Below, one piece after another: positions 12,866-26,655 of a stretch of 64,000 nucleotides of DNA. A program made the position numbers and the translations under genes. The DNA is from Kudoa neothunni. Taxonomy: Eukaryota; Animalia; Cnidaria. Every line of letters starts with the position of its first letter. Within the stretch, counting starts at the first letter, position 1. A model generated the notes under the pieces. It was given only the letters and a program-made list of their open reading frames with translations. It was not told the origin of the DNA and did not search any database. The stretch is taken from positions 8,847,106 through 8,911,105 of the forward strand of contig OZ199840.1 of assembly GCA_964304625.1 (NCBI GenBank), written 5' to 3'.

Positions 12866-14375
12866 GGGAGATTGATCTCAACAAATATTTACTTAAATTG
12901 GAGGAATTGAGTTCCTGGTAGGGTAATAGGGTAGGATTAGACATTTAAAAAATAGATTCATGCGTATAATTTTTTGGATATTCTTTCATGATGGTTTATA
13001 ATTAAATTAAATAATTCTGAGAGGAAGAATTAAGCTTATTATGACAACTTTTAATTTTGCCACCTAATCCCGAACACACGACATCGTCTGCACACGTGAA
13101 ATCTTCGTTAAAATTCTAAAAACCAATAAAACCTCACTTTATTTTAAATACATTAATTTATGAATTAAATGTACATGTTAGAAACATTTTTAATAATGTG
13201 TCGTTCTCTAATTATATGAATCAATCATTTTATATAATTTTACATTTCTTATCGTAAAATATCTCCTCTACCATCTACTAAAAATCAATTATAAATGTTT
13301 TAAACAAACATATAATACATTATTTAGTTTATAAATTTTTTTGGTTAAGTTATGTAGGCGATAAAAAAAGTTAGAACCGTTTTATCATTAAAACTTTATA
13401 ATGAAATTTTTATAATGATCATATGATCTACCTTTTGACTTCATCATTTATCAAATTGGTAAAAAAAATTATTTCATTACTTGTTTTGTAGGATCCATTT
13501 TTAAAGATAGTTAATTTTACAGAATAAAAATTTTCCCAGCGTATAGAAATTACTAATAAATTGTTAGATAAAGCTAGTGTGTTACAATCTGTTTTATGAC
13601 ACACATGGTTGATAATTTTGGTTTTATTTTGCTTGTATTTTTTAGTGTAACTTGTTTATTCGTACATACATATTTTTATAGGTTGATTGAATGGATTAAT
13701 ATATTTTGGTAAAAATGCAGAATAGTGATCACACGTGTGCATAAAATAAACGAAGATTAACGAAAATAATAATTTATCAAACTTGGTAATTCAATATCTT
13801 CTAGAATAGCCTCAAACAACTGAATTTTTTTATTACCAAATAAACAACTTTATTGTAGGCCCTCGATTGTATTTTCCTTTTAGAATGAGAATTTCATCCA
13901 GCTCGACGATTTTATTATGGATAAATAACAATATCTTTGATAACTCCATCTTTGAGTTGAAAAAGAATGACCTCGCATTATTTGATGAATTCGTATTACA
14001 GCCATTACGCCGCATTTCCAAATTAATTTGTTAATAATTTCATATTGGCAAATTTTCATGGGATTTCCGCAGTTATGACAATTTTTTTCAGCCGAAATTA
14101 GTTTATGTTGTGCACAAAAGTTAATAACATTATTAAAGTTTGAGGAGTATGTAATAAATTGTATAAACTTCATTTTCGCGGGTTAATCTGCGTTATTCTT
14201 CTTTTTACCGTACTAATGTATATATAATAGATGTAGACTAAAAAGTTATAGCTAATCCCATACAAATTTCGGACGATCCCCTCAGTCTCGAAATTTCGAG
14301 GAAAATTGGACATTTCTGATTATCAACACTACTCGATATTCCTCGCATTTTAAAATATTTATTTGAGATACCTCC
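12866..14375 (-). mobile_element. Merlin (IS1016/ISXO2-like) DNA transposon relic with frameshifted transposase
   Basis: Zn-ribbon KNCHNCGNPMK...WKC, SFFFNSKMELSKILLFI and VELDE...KGKYNRG motifs spread across frames (13833-14173). Degenerate inverted termini GGAG..ATCTCAA..AAATATTT..GAGGAAT at about 12866-12912 and 14326-14375. Confidence 0.75.
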
Positions 14376-15434
14376 TAGAATATTGGCGATTTTCGATCTG
14401 TATTACTAATGATGGGGAGGAACTCTCCAAATTTGACTTTATTGCTTTCAGAAAATACAATATACCTATTCGTTATAAACCTACGATTAGCAATTAACGA
14501 CCCATTAATCATAATAAGTTAAGTTTCCGGTTAAAATTTACTTCATTACTAAAATAAACATGCGATTAAAATATTTTCGGAGGTATAAGCACATAATAAT
14601 TAACAATCCATACATTTTTCTAATCATAGAATATCACGTATTACGCTTTTTTACCACTTTCACCATTCTCAGAAACTGTTATATTAAGATTTATGAGTTC
14701 CAGACCCAATTAGAGCGATTCATATATGATATACAATATGAAACAATTTTTATTAAAGCGGAATTTATTCCTAGCACAAAACAATTTACTTAATGTATAT
14801 GTATTACTATTTTAATCGTTATTATTGGATGTGGTTACCTAAATTTGGGTCAAAATATCCAAATTTCCCCCTAATTAAGTTCATTAGACTATTTTAACTG
14901 AAATATATAAAACATTTTGATGTAATTCCTCCTTATTTTTCAAAGTTCTTTAACTTATACTAATTTATAATTTGTTAAATTTCAATATGTTTTAGTTTTG
15001 GTCCCAAATAAAATACGGGGTTTTTATGTTAATCAGTAATATTCTCGTTTTCGATTTCATTCAGCCAGCTACTACGTATTAAAAAAATCAAAAAATCATG
15101 TTCACTCAAAATCTATGCATAACGTCGCAGTCACGTGATTTTACATGATTTACTTTCTATCTTATTTCAACTTTAATTTCGCTAAAATTTACTAAGCACA
15201 ATAATTTACCGATTTTTCGATCTATTTCCGACTTTAATTCTATTTTTTCTTTGATGGGTACGCGATAAAAATAATTTTCCTTTAGTTGGGTGGCAAATCC
15301 GTACAATATATGTATGTTTCAATCTTATTCTCGTTTAATCCTCCAAGCATTATTTTTTTAAAAGTTTCTATATATTTATAATTTAATTTTAAAATTAGGA
15401 ATTTTTTGTTTTCTATGATTTTACATCAAATACT

Positions 15435-16870
15435 TACACCAAACAGTTTTGGGGTCCAGGAGGACCCCACGTTTTTATTTCACAAAAACATTTATAAAAT
15501 TATAAAAAATAAAATATTTCAATCTCGAAAGGTTACATCAATTAAATTTCGAGAAAAATCAAATAAGATAACATCTTAAACAAACCTCTAGGTCTGATTA
15601 CATTTTTGTCATTCCGAATTTGCAATTTACAGGATAGGTTTTCTATTTTTTGGATGGTGAATTTTTCAATTCTGTCATTACTCACACTAATAAATTTGGT
15701 GCTTACATTACGGATGCAAATGAAAAAGTTAAATATAATAGAATTTAAATCCAAAATGGAGTCTCTTAAGCAATTATGGAGCTTGAATAAAGGACGTCGT
15801 ATACTTATTAGAGTCATGCTGCTTTATAGATTCATTCAAATAAACAGAAATGTACACTTTGATAACTTCGAGACAAGAGTTTGCGATGGGAGGTCGATAA
15901 GTTTTCCCGGTAACCGAGGTTTTCAACAGGTGGCAAAGTATTTTGGCGATATGTCTAATTCCCTCTGTTCATCTTATTGTTGATGAACGATTAGTTGCAT
16001 TGAGAGACACTTGTTCCTTTACGCAATATACTCCCTCCTAACTTGCGGCTTATAACACTAAATTTTTCCGTTTAACTGACCCTCATACCAATTATACATG
16101 TAATATTTTCGATTCCGTTGGCAAACTAACTTCTTTCTTAACCTAGGTTTAACCCGTCTGGAGACTACCCGGCGTAATAAAGGGGATATCTCATTACTTT
16201 TTATAGTTAGGAAATAGAGGGAAGTTTTTAGTTCAATTTTCCTAAAAAGAACAACGCGTTCATTGAATTGGCTACGTTCTCAAACAATGTTAATTTATGC
16301 CAAGGTCAGACAAAAAAGCCCAAAATTATCGTCGATTATAGCAAAACTAAGGGTATATGGATACGGTGGATAGTATCCCGTCCACGACGAAAAAAGACGT
16401 ATTTTATGCGCTCGATTTTCTGATATACAAATAAAGAACAAATGTTATAATTGCCCCGAACATGGTTGCAACAATAATTCGAGAATTAAAATTTATTTAG
16501 ATACATATTATATTTTAATTATCAATTTTGAGAATTTTTAGCTTAGTTAAGGAATATATTAATTATTTTATTAAGAAATTATAAGAATCGGTAAAATCAG
16601 GATCATGTTGTTACAAGTAAACATATGTATTTCCAGATAATAGTAGGATTTTTTGAAAAGATCATAAGGTATATTAAAACACGTAAAGTTAATAAATAAG
16701 TGTTCGAGGGGCATCGACTATCATCGTCACTCAAATAAATGATGATTATTTCGTTATCGCCCCGGTAAAAAACGTTTTAAAATAATATAATCATATTTCA
16801 TAATATTGTGTATCAAAACAAATAATATATTACTCAATAATATAACTTGGATAAAATGAGGGTGGGTTAA
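15435..16870 (+). mobile_element. Decayed piggyBac element (transposase pseudogene); boundaries approximate
   Basis: Fragments VHFDNFETR, LIVDERLVALRDTCSFTQYTPS and KKPKIIVDYSKTKG with stops and frameshifts. Subterminal palindrome GGGGTCC..GGACCCC at 15451-15468; GGG-TTAA at 16864-16870. Confidence 0.75.
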
Positions 16871-17425
16871 TATCGTTTTATAGATTTATGGGGTAAAACT
16901 TTATCCCCAGTCGCGCGCACACAAAAACGCGCAAAAAATCTGTTACCTACTGTAATTTAAAATAACAAGACCTCTCATTTATAATAACGATTGTATTACA
17001 CATTACTGCTCATTTAGTAGTCGTAATAAATCTAATTTTTCAGAGAATCTGCGAAGTAGTTATTTATTGCGATCATTTGCTCACAAATCGATATTATTCA
17101 GCGGGCGCTCATCATAATTTAAGGTGCGATTAATCGATAATCCATTGGTTTCTTCATATTTTTAAATCATTTCATTTCAGATTTTATATGATTCGCTGCT
17201 TTTTTACTTTTATGATACCAACGAAAGTTTGGTGAGAGACAACGGTTATCAAAGCATGCGCACGTGTTGCTAAGTTTGTTACTTGGATATTCGTGTGTGA
17301 AATACGTGAAATATCACAATTTATTATACTTCCATATAATAATTAACGACTAATAAAGCTAAAAATAAGAGTGAAATTGAGCAGGGCAGAACAATTTAAA
17401 TCAACAAATAGTCTCGCGCAATACA

Positions 17426-18052
17426 ATGGGTAACACTGAGTCGACGGTGAGAAGGATCACATTAAAAAAAGATCTCCATGATGATGAATTCCTTGAAAAC
17501 ATAATTGTATAGATGGTGCTATTTTAGGATTTTAATATGCTCTGTGTTAGTTAACAGAGCGACTAGCTAATGCGTACGTGAATCCAAGGAAAGATGACAC
17601 TACGTCTGTCACAGTTGAATCCCCACAAACTTATACTAACAATTTCAGACACCAAAAATTGAATCGCAATGAAAATAATAATGATTTTTATAACAGTGAC
17701 GAAAGTGTGGTCGAGCACATGAGATATTTGGATGGAGTGTTGAGCCAAATATCCCGTCGGTTGGATCGTCAATTTGTGGAAGTAAACCAAAAAATAAGAA
17801 TTCAAGGCGAAAAACAACTTAAAGAGTTAGAGTCAAAAAATAAGTGACGACACATTAATGATTAACGTTGATGTAATCTAATATTCGGATTCTAGGGAGT
17901 ACCATATCTCAAATCCATTAAAAGAAGACATGGAGAGAATTGCTGAATGCTTAGCCAAGCATCCTGATCAACCACTAAAATGTCGAAACATCGCGGATGA
18001 TTTCCTCTTGAAATCTTACACCTACGCCGCCTCCCCTGCACCTGTCAAATAA
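17426..18052 (+). CDS. MICOS subunit Mic19/CHCHD3-like, 3 exons (17426-17506, 17551-17843, 17896-18052)
   Basis: N-myristoylation start MGNTESTVRRITL, central coiled coil, C-terminal CHCH-like ECLAKHPDQPLKC. Introns of 44 and 52 bp restore the frame. Confidence 0.8.
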
Positions 18053-20982
18053 TAACTCTAATATTCGATTATTTTCTATTCAATCTCTAACTATTTTCAA
18101 ATTATTGTCTTTGAAACCCTCTTTTCTTTCATTCTCATTGAAATAGTTTTTTATTATTTCATTTTATTTAATTAATTTGAACGGATTAGATTTTTCGATA
18201 AATCCTAATTTTTGGGCTTTATAAAAAAATTAATAATGAAAATGGATAAATTGTATTTTAAAAATTGAATTTTTTTATTCTTGATTGAGGGTTATACTAC
18301 TTGTTAATTAGAAATTAGAATTCTGTCTAGACAATAATAACCGAGTTAAATTCCAAATGTGCATATCGTATTGATTCTCAGTACTATATATTATATTTAA
18401 TTGCGGAAAAATGATGTTTTTAACTAAAAATTAATAAATTTTACTAGATATAGGTATGCATTTGTCGTCGAATAAACAATGATTTGTGAACATAGGATTA
18501 TAAAAAAATGATGAGCTATTCTAATTAAATATGACAAAATAATTGTTATTATCCAATAAAAATGGCTACTTATTAACTACTTGTGTATTTTTTTATCTTA
18601 TTAACACAGATGAGATTTGATGGTCATGACTGAATTTTTGAGTTGAAAAAAACTTTTGTGTATTGAAATAATTTCTGAATGGGTTGTTTGATAGTTTTAA
18701 CCATCCAAACAAACACCAGGTGTAAATACAAACCTTTAACCGGATTATTAATTAATTATGATGTAATCATAATTAAATATATATAACTAAAGTAGTATCT
18801 CTCATATTAGACTGACTCAACATGATTCCACAACAGGTAATATTATGTATAATGTGTGGATAAATTCATTTTTAGCATTGAACAGGTTCACAACAATAGT
18901 ACAACATATTATCAATGTATGTGATATAATTCAGGGACTTATCTCAAATATATACTATACGCCTTTAATGGAATAAATGGGAATATTATCAAAGTAAAGA
19001 GATTATAACAAACAAAAACATAAATATAACCGAAATATTTGGTATATTATATATTTATTTAATTGATTAATTTAAAACCTATTAAAATAAGCACCATCTA
19101 TTTGAATCTAATGGAAGCAAATAATAAAAATAATTGCATCATAAATCCAAATAATAGGGATTATGTATTGACAATAAATATATTACTCGAATCAAATAGC
19201 AAAACTTATAATGCCATTCTTTGTGGAGAATTATAATTGAATAATGGTATAAATAGTGGATAGAAAATGTTGGGCCCCATCAAATTATTCAAAAAAAATA
19301 AAAAAAATAGTAGAAAAAGACTGTAACTGTAACTGTAACTAGATAGATAAATAAATAATCTGGGTTATTTTGTCGGTAGATGCGTTATTGATTCATACCA
19401 CACCACACCGCAGTAGGCGAGTAGTAAATAGCTCCAAGTGTTTAATTCACTCACACACGCATATAAACTCGAAGAATAATCTCTTGAGAATAGACGAATT
19501 TTAGTCGATAAGCCCACTATAAAAACCATCTTATCACAATCAGCCGAAATAGCTATCGTAAACAAACTTTTTATGATGATAAATATATTTAATGGTTGGG
19601 TTCAATAGATTGATATTAAGGTAAAGTGTGGTATTTTTTCGTCACAGCCTCTTCTATAGTATAAAATATTGGTAAATTATTTGGAAATGTTTTTTCCGAA
19701 GTTTCATATGTATTGTAAATAGAGATTGAAGTGAATAGCTTCACTCATTATAGAAAGTCAATTATAGGCTGATCCAATTGCTGGAAAATAATCTGTTTGG
19801 TCGGACTCCTGCTAAGATTATTTTATCGGAGTGGTGCTACTGTCAACATTTGGCAAATCCCATATAAAGAAGTTTTATCTGGAAATCCTCTGTACGCCCA
19901 TCAACCCACTCATCGATTCATTCGCTCGCACACTCTTACTTGGTTGAAAACAAATTAGGTAATTTTTTGTTTATACTCATAATGAAAATTATATAAATAC
20001 TGAGAAGTGAGAGACGCGTTGATTTAACAATAAAATTAAATTTTTAAAATCACACTCGGCGAGGGATGGTCCACACACCAGTCCTAAAAAGTCTTAAGAA
20101 GTTGTTTGCCTACCCTAAATACGTAATGTTGTATTGAGTTGGGCTGGAACCTGGTGTGGTAAACTTATCTTGATTGTAATGTGTAATAGGTAATATCCCC
20201 TTCAAAATAAATATCGTTTAATGATTAGTGTTGAGAGTATTAGATAGTGAGAAAATATTGTCCATTAATAATATCTGCACCGACCGAACACAACACTCCA
20301 CAAATCCAACTTTCCATTCAACCACATATCATAAATATATTTTCTGATATATTGCCCGAGTGTGTCCATCAAAGCTGCGGATGGATAGGGGAATTTTTAT
20401 CTTGATTTTTCGGCTATCATTCGGAGTATTAATATTTTAATGAGCTACGTAGTATGTGGTATTTTTACTGAGGTTGAGTGACCGTGTGAGATGTGTTGAT
20501 CCAATAGTTGTTCGAGTGTGTAATAGAAACATTTTTTTTATCACGGTCGCACCCATTAATTTAAAAATATGCGCTAAAACAAACCTTTCGCATTGTGGGC
20601 GCTTTCCCCCTTTGACTATCTCTCTCAGTGAACTGTTTGCTATTTGTTGGCACTATTGTTACCCACCATTGAGATTGGGCTAATATTTTTCGGAATTTAA
20701 ATGATCTTCTTAGTGGTTATTGTTTAATAATCATGATTAGGTAGCTAATCACTTTTCCACTAAGTGGTTTTACACTTGTCAGTGTCTCTATTACCTACGC
20801 TTGTATTTGTCAGTTGTAGGCCGTCACATTGATTCCTCACTTACAGTTGATCTAGGTTGGTCATCGAATCGATTAATCAATTTATTATATTATTGGTTCT
20901 GATATTTTTGTTACACATCGAGTGTAGCGCCGTCTAAAAGCTACCCAAAACAACCTACACCATATCGTTTCTGCGTGATTCA

Positions 20983-22209
20983 ATGACTAAACAGTCATCA
21001 TCTAGCAGAGAAAAACTTAGCAGTGGATCCAGCACTTCGTTCCACTCACCATCAAACACTATTTCGTCCGTATCAGGTGAGGAACTATCACCACTTAGTC
21101 ATCCAGTGTCTACCGATGAGACACAATCATCCCCGCTAGTAACACCTCCCTCCAACTACACCTCACCCAACCCCACATATGCATGCTCTAGTCCCACCAC
21201 AAACAACAACCAACCAATAGTTTCGACATGCGTTGATTCGCTGGACGATTGTGCTTACTCATCAACATCTGTGTTGGGATTGACAGCGGCAGCCGCACAT
21301 AGTCAATCTCCTCCCGCCTTTATCAAAAAAGAACATCTTCAACTCAACATTTCGTCCAATCCAACCGCAAATAAACCTACTTTTATTAATAGTTTGTTGG
21401 TAGAAGGTATGATTGAAGCTTTAGATTTGGTCCTATTAATGATTTCTTCGATTAGAACCAACCAACTATCAATGTGCTCCTTGTATGTGTAGTGAGCGTG
21501 GCGAGCTCACTGCTCCGCCAAACTTTGCTCTCAATACTGTAAAACCACCATCAACTCAGTCATCTCAAAGTACTCCAAAAAACAATTGTAAACCCACTAA
21601 AAACTTCGACTCTTTGGTTTCACTTTCTACATCAATTTTCCAACTAAAAAGCTATTCTACCTCATCCACTCAACCTCCTACTTCTTCATCTATTCTTTTT
21701 ACTGATGAAAGTTCACCGTTTTTAAATGATAGGAAATGTCTTTCAGGTAGTCGGCATTTTTTCTGATTTTGAATTATTTTAATATTTTTAATTTTGCAGA
21801 CAGTTCTAAATATTCGTCACTCGAACCCGATATTACTATCAATACCAATGAAATCGAACATTATTCCTCTACTCCCATTAACATTAACACAACAACTGAC
21901 GCTACCAAAAATCAGCTTGACTCACCTAAACCCATCCCTCCTTTAGCACCAACTTCAAACACTTCGGAAACTCATTATTGCCATAGTTGTCAGAAAAAAC
22001 TACCCATTTTAAGTATATATTCTGTGATATAAACCAAATTAGCAATCTTTACACTTTAAGGCTACAAATGTAAATGTGGTCTCTATTTCTGTAATAAACA
22101 CAGGCATGCTGAACTACATAATTGCTCATATGATTATAAAGCTGAAAAGAAAGACTACTTGCGAAAAAATATCACCTCTGTTATTGCCGATAAAGTTCGC
22201 AAAATATAG
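20983..22209 (+). CDS. AN1-type zinc finger protein (ZFAND5/6-like), 4 exons (20983-21406, 21456-21746, 21800-22012, 22061-22209)
   Basis: C-terminal CHSCQKKLPILSYKCKCGLYFCNKHRHAELHNCSYDYK...VIADKVRKI*, with a long Ser/Thr/Pro-rich N-terminus. Introns are 49, 53 and 48 bp. Confidence 0.88.
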
Positions 22210-23119
22210 TCCATCGGCATATTCATTCTATCCTTATCCATACATTATCCTCTATATATCCGTTTTCTAGCTATTTTTATGTTGTATCATTGGTAAGGGG
22301 TGTTTCTATACGACGAAATTTCGTAAAATAATCGTTTCGATCTATTTATTATTCTCCCTATTTTTTAAAATTAGTCTCTTACATTTCTTCAATTGATTCA
22401 CGTCATTGTCATATTGGTTGGCTTAACTTCGAAAAAGAATTGATTTTTTTAAAGTTAATACAAAATTTCCAAAAATGAGTCGTTGGAATTTCTGAGCCTT
22501 GATAGACAATAGTGAATAGGTGTAATCCACAATTGGGTACAATGCAGCGTTTTCTCCTTCATCTTAGTTTCACATCCCCAATCATTTATGAGCACAACGC
22601 TGCATCTCTTCTCAAAAAAGGGAAAATATGAAACAGATTTTTCTGTAAGAGCGGGAATAAAATTTCTACTAAAACTACTTGAACATGAAAAATAAGAAAA
22701 CTACGTTAACAAACAACAAGCAAATGTAAATATGATAATAAATTAAATTATTTTTTTCCTGTCTTTGTTAAGAAATGATTAAGTCGAAACTCTTTATTAG
22801 ATAAAGTTATACATAAATAATAATTTCTAAATACAGTAGATAATCGATTTTCTCTAATCCCCTTGAGACCAGAGAAAAGTTACTGAAAATGCATCACTGA
22901 CCGATTTATGTACTTTCTGACGAATGCATGAACAATTTAAAATATTTTGTATTGATGTAATATAATAAAGTTCACAATTATTAATTTTTAGAAATATTTT
23001 TAACACAACTTTAAAAAATCTGGTGGTTATGTATTTAGATCGTTATCATATTCAATAATGATGGTACTAAACGAAACACTTTACGTAGTTGGACTTTGAA
23101 AAATAAATTATTCGTTAGA

Positions 23120-23215
23120 TGTTTTAAAATGGGTTGAATTATTAAAAATTTTATTGTTTAATTTTTAGGTAAACTATAAGGCAAGTAATAATCTAACTTT
23201 GATTAACGTCAAGAT
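23120..23215 (+). repeat. Dispersed repeat fragment (second copy at about 58741-58830)
   Basis: TTAAAAT..GTTGAATT.TTAAAAATTTTAT...TTTTTAG.TAAACTATAA...AACTTTGAT...CGTCAA is shared between the two loci. Confidence 0.6.
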
Positions 23216-23599
23216 TAAATTTATCATTCTTGTTGATAAATTATTTTAAATTTTAATACTTCAAATTAGAATCAATTTGCACTCAAAAATTATAAAAACT
23301 AAAATTCTATATTCGAGATTGTTGTACATGTTTATTTTCTTCATTTAATTTTTAAATTTAGAATCAACGAGAAAACTACCAAATCCATAATGGCGCACGC
23401 GCGATTATTCACATGTTATATTTTTCACAAAAATATTACACCATCCCGTGTTTCCTGCAAATTATGATTTGAGTATATCTTTATTCCTAATTTCCATTAA
23501 CTCACTAAAATTTATGTATTCTCCTAACTTGTTATAAGGTATAATTTACGCAAGTTTTACCTACAAATAAAAACCAGAAGCCAAAATCAACAATTTTTA

Positions 23600-25777
23600 T
23601 CTTCCAAAGACCTTGGGGTAAATTAGACCCCGGATTTTTTTAAAATCAATTTATCGAAAAATATCTATATAGTTAAAATACAAAATATTTTAAAAATCAA
23701 TCTGCTATATTCTGAGTAAAACAGTGGTAAATGTAGAAGATAATCCCATTTAATCTGGTACGTGTTGTTTCGTGGAAAACTCACATCTTGTCGCGTAATT
23801 AGCTTAATTCTTAGATTCGCGCTTTTACAACAAAAAATAATAATTAATTTTTTAACGATGAAAAAATTTCAACGTTTTTTAAAAAACTAAATTTTTGTTA
23901 TACATTATTTTGAACAGTCACAACATCTATTCGCTGAATGGGTTTGACAATAAAAACCAAGGCATGTGCAGCGCGCTGAGGTTTTTTATCATTTTCTCCT
24001 TTTTTAATTGTAATGATGTTGGTATTGAAAGCGGACAATTTTATTTTAATGATTCTTTTGTTATCATCATGTTTTTCTAGAAGTGGTTGGTAGGTTGATT
24101 GGTTGATAGAGAGCATCGGCCAATTCTTTCAACAAAATGTGCCGTAGTTTATTTTTACAATTAAAAATGTTTTTGTGTAATACGAACGCATTTACCAATG
24201 ATAAATCCAACATGTTAAAGAAAACAATCATTGGCCATCTTCGACTGGATCTACCTACAGTGACAGATGCCAACATTCTATCAACTGAATCGACACCACC
24301 TTTCGCTTTATTATAGCTAACAATAACTTCAGTTTTTTAATAGTGTCGTTCCAGTTGATAACAAAATGACAGATTTATTTTTCTCATTTACATACGATGT
24401 TAGCATGAATTTTTCGTAAACTAAAAAAGTCGTACTAAATAACTCTTTTTTTTGGATGGAAGAGCACATGTTGGAATGTCTCTTTTATAATGGCATATAG
24501 TACCCAAATACGTTAGATGTTTACGTAACAACTTTAATGCTAGTGGGAGAGATGGAAAAAAGTTGTCTGCTACAATATTTCTTTTTAAATCAAATAATGG
24601 TCCAGACAACGCCATGACTATAGCTTCCTCATAATTTGAATTACGGACGTTATCAATCCAATTTTTCCGAGATACATACGGTGCGACATTAAAACATATT
24701 TTTCAACTGCGTCAACAAGCATAAAGAATTTAATCAAATATTTTGCCGGTTTTAGAGGCATATACAGTCTAAATGGACATTTACCTCTAAAAGTGACCAA
24801 CTGCTCGTCTATGGTGGTAACATCTTGGTTAGGATGAAAATATTGTGGTAATTGTTTCACCCACATTTGCCATAAACTGCGTATTGGACAAAATTTATCT
24901 CTCTCTTCTTTCTGCTCTTGTCCTATAATCGTCAAAATGAGGAGCTCTGGTGATTTGTTTAAATCTATTCTTCGAAAAAATTTCTCGATAAATTTCCTCT
25001 CTATCCTTATGTACAGCCATAAGGATGAGGATACCAAAATATCCGTTGAACTCAACAATATCAACGTCGGTCCAGTCGTCTTCAAAATGATTCCTTCCAA
25101 ATAAATTGGTCGATTCAATTACTTTTTCGCAGATCAGATGGTTTTCGTAAAAAATATAAAAAAACAATCTACAAAATTTTGTACACGTAGTATACAATAT
25201 GCCGTCACACCAGGATAGGAATTCATAATATTTTTGGCGGCAATTTTAGATGGTGTAGGTTGTTTGACGCTCCAAACAGTTCCATGTTTGCCGATAGTTG
25301 GATTTCCAGTAACATCGACTTCTAAGCTAAGCTAAGGATTCCTACGAAGTTTCAGAAGATTCGGATACAAAGTCATCAGATTCGCTTAGTGACATTTTCC
25401 AAATATAACCGCTTATACATATGTAATAAGATTCAAAAACATGTTTCATAGAGATGTAATATAATTTAACGTAATATAAAAATTATTAACTTAATGTGGA
25501 AATGGAATTTTATCCTTTATTGCACAAAAAAATTCAATATTCACAGTAATATTTAGTTTACGATGCTGCGCGAGGCAAGTCCGAAATGAAGCGTAAGGGA
25601 TTAAGTAGGATTATCTGTTTTATTTTCCACTGTTTTACTCAAAATCTAGCCGAAAGATCCTTAAAATATTTTGTCGCCTCATTATTAAGATTTTTTTCGA
25701 TAAATTGATTAGAAAAAAATCTGGGGTCAAATAGACCCCAAGGTCTGGAGGGTGGTTGTTTTTAGGTTATTAGAAGG
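23600..25777 (-). mobile_element. piggyBac DNA transposon with frameshifted transposase and about 170-bp imperfect inverted termini
   Basis: Catalytic-triad motifs TIDEQLVTFRGKCPF, VADNFF and KGGVDSVDRML, plus RRWPM, spread over several frames. 23610-23750 is an inverted copy of 25608-25745. The right end reads AGAAGG|TTAA. Confidence 0.92.
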
Positions 25778-26655
25778 TTAATGTAAATCCGTTTTTAAAT
25801 ATATTTTTTGGGAAGAGCTGATCTAAGTTAACTAGAATTTAAAATACCGAAATACTTTCATCGTACTTTTATAATATGCCAAAAAAAGTTTTGAGTCCGA
25901 ACAGACCACATTTTACTTGTAGGATGTTCTAATCATAAAAATGTATTGACAACGTTCAGAAATATATTAACATTATTAAGAATATATTAATATACAATAA
26001 TATACGAATAGCAAAAATTCGACCTTAGTCAATACACCGATTTTTGAGAAATATGCACTACAACTTCATTTGGAATCTACACGAACCCCCATTTTACTCG
26101 TAGGTTTAATATTGGTCAAAAAAATTGTATAATTATTATAATATAAAGAAAATGATTAAACTCAATTTCCAATTTACGTAAATTAATTTTGGTATGTAAA
26201 CGAAATAAAGTTCAATAATATGTTAATAGCTTGGAAAACTATTACACCAAAAAAATTTTAAATTTGTTAATAACATATTCAATTCTTAAAAAAATTAATA
26301 GAGCGTTAATTAATCAATCATTTATACTTAATATCAAAAAAGTGAATAAACTACAAGCATTTTTAAATTTTTCCCCCACAAAAGACAATTAATAAGATTA
26401 CCCGTGAAAAAACAACAAATTTTAAACAGAAATAAACTATCATAATCGGGATGAATAAAACAATATAATATTAAGTGTTAGTATGATTCTGAGATTGATG
26501 CTAAAAGAGGAAGTCAACGAAATAGCAACAAAGAGAAAATCGAAAACATACCGAATTTGACCGGGTCGATGGTTGATATTTTTCTTTTTTTTCACACAAC
26601 GAAATCACCTCATTCACAACTAAACAATCGTTGCAATTACACCGTTAAAATGCCT

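Noticed and set aside
18600-19960. Coding-like fragments (for example IRLTQHDSTTG and GATVNIWQIPY)
   Set aside because: No consistent exon chain or recognisable family.
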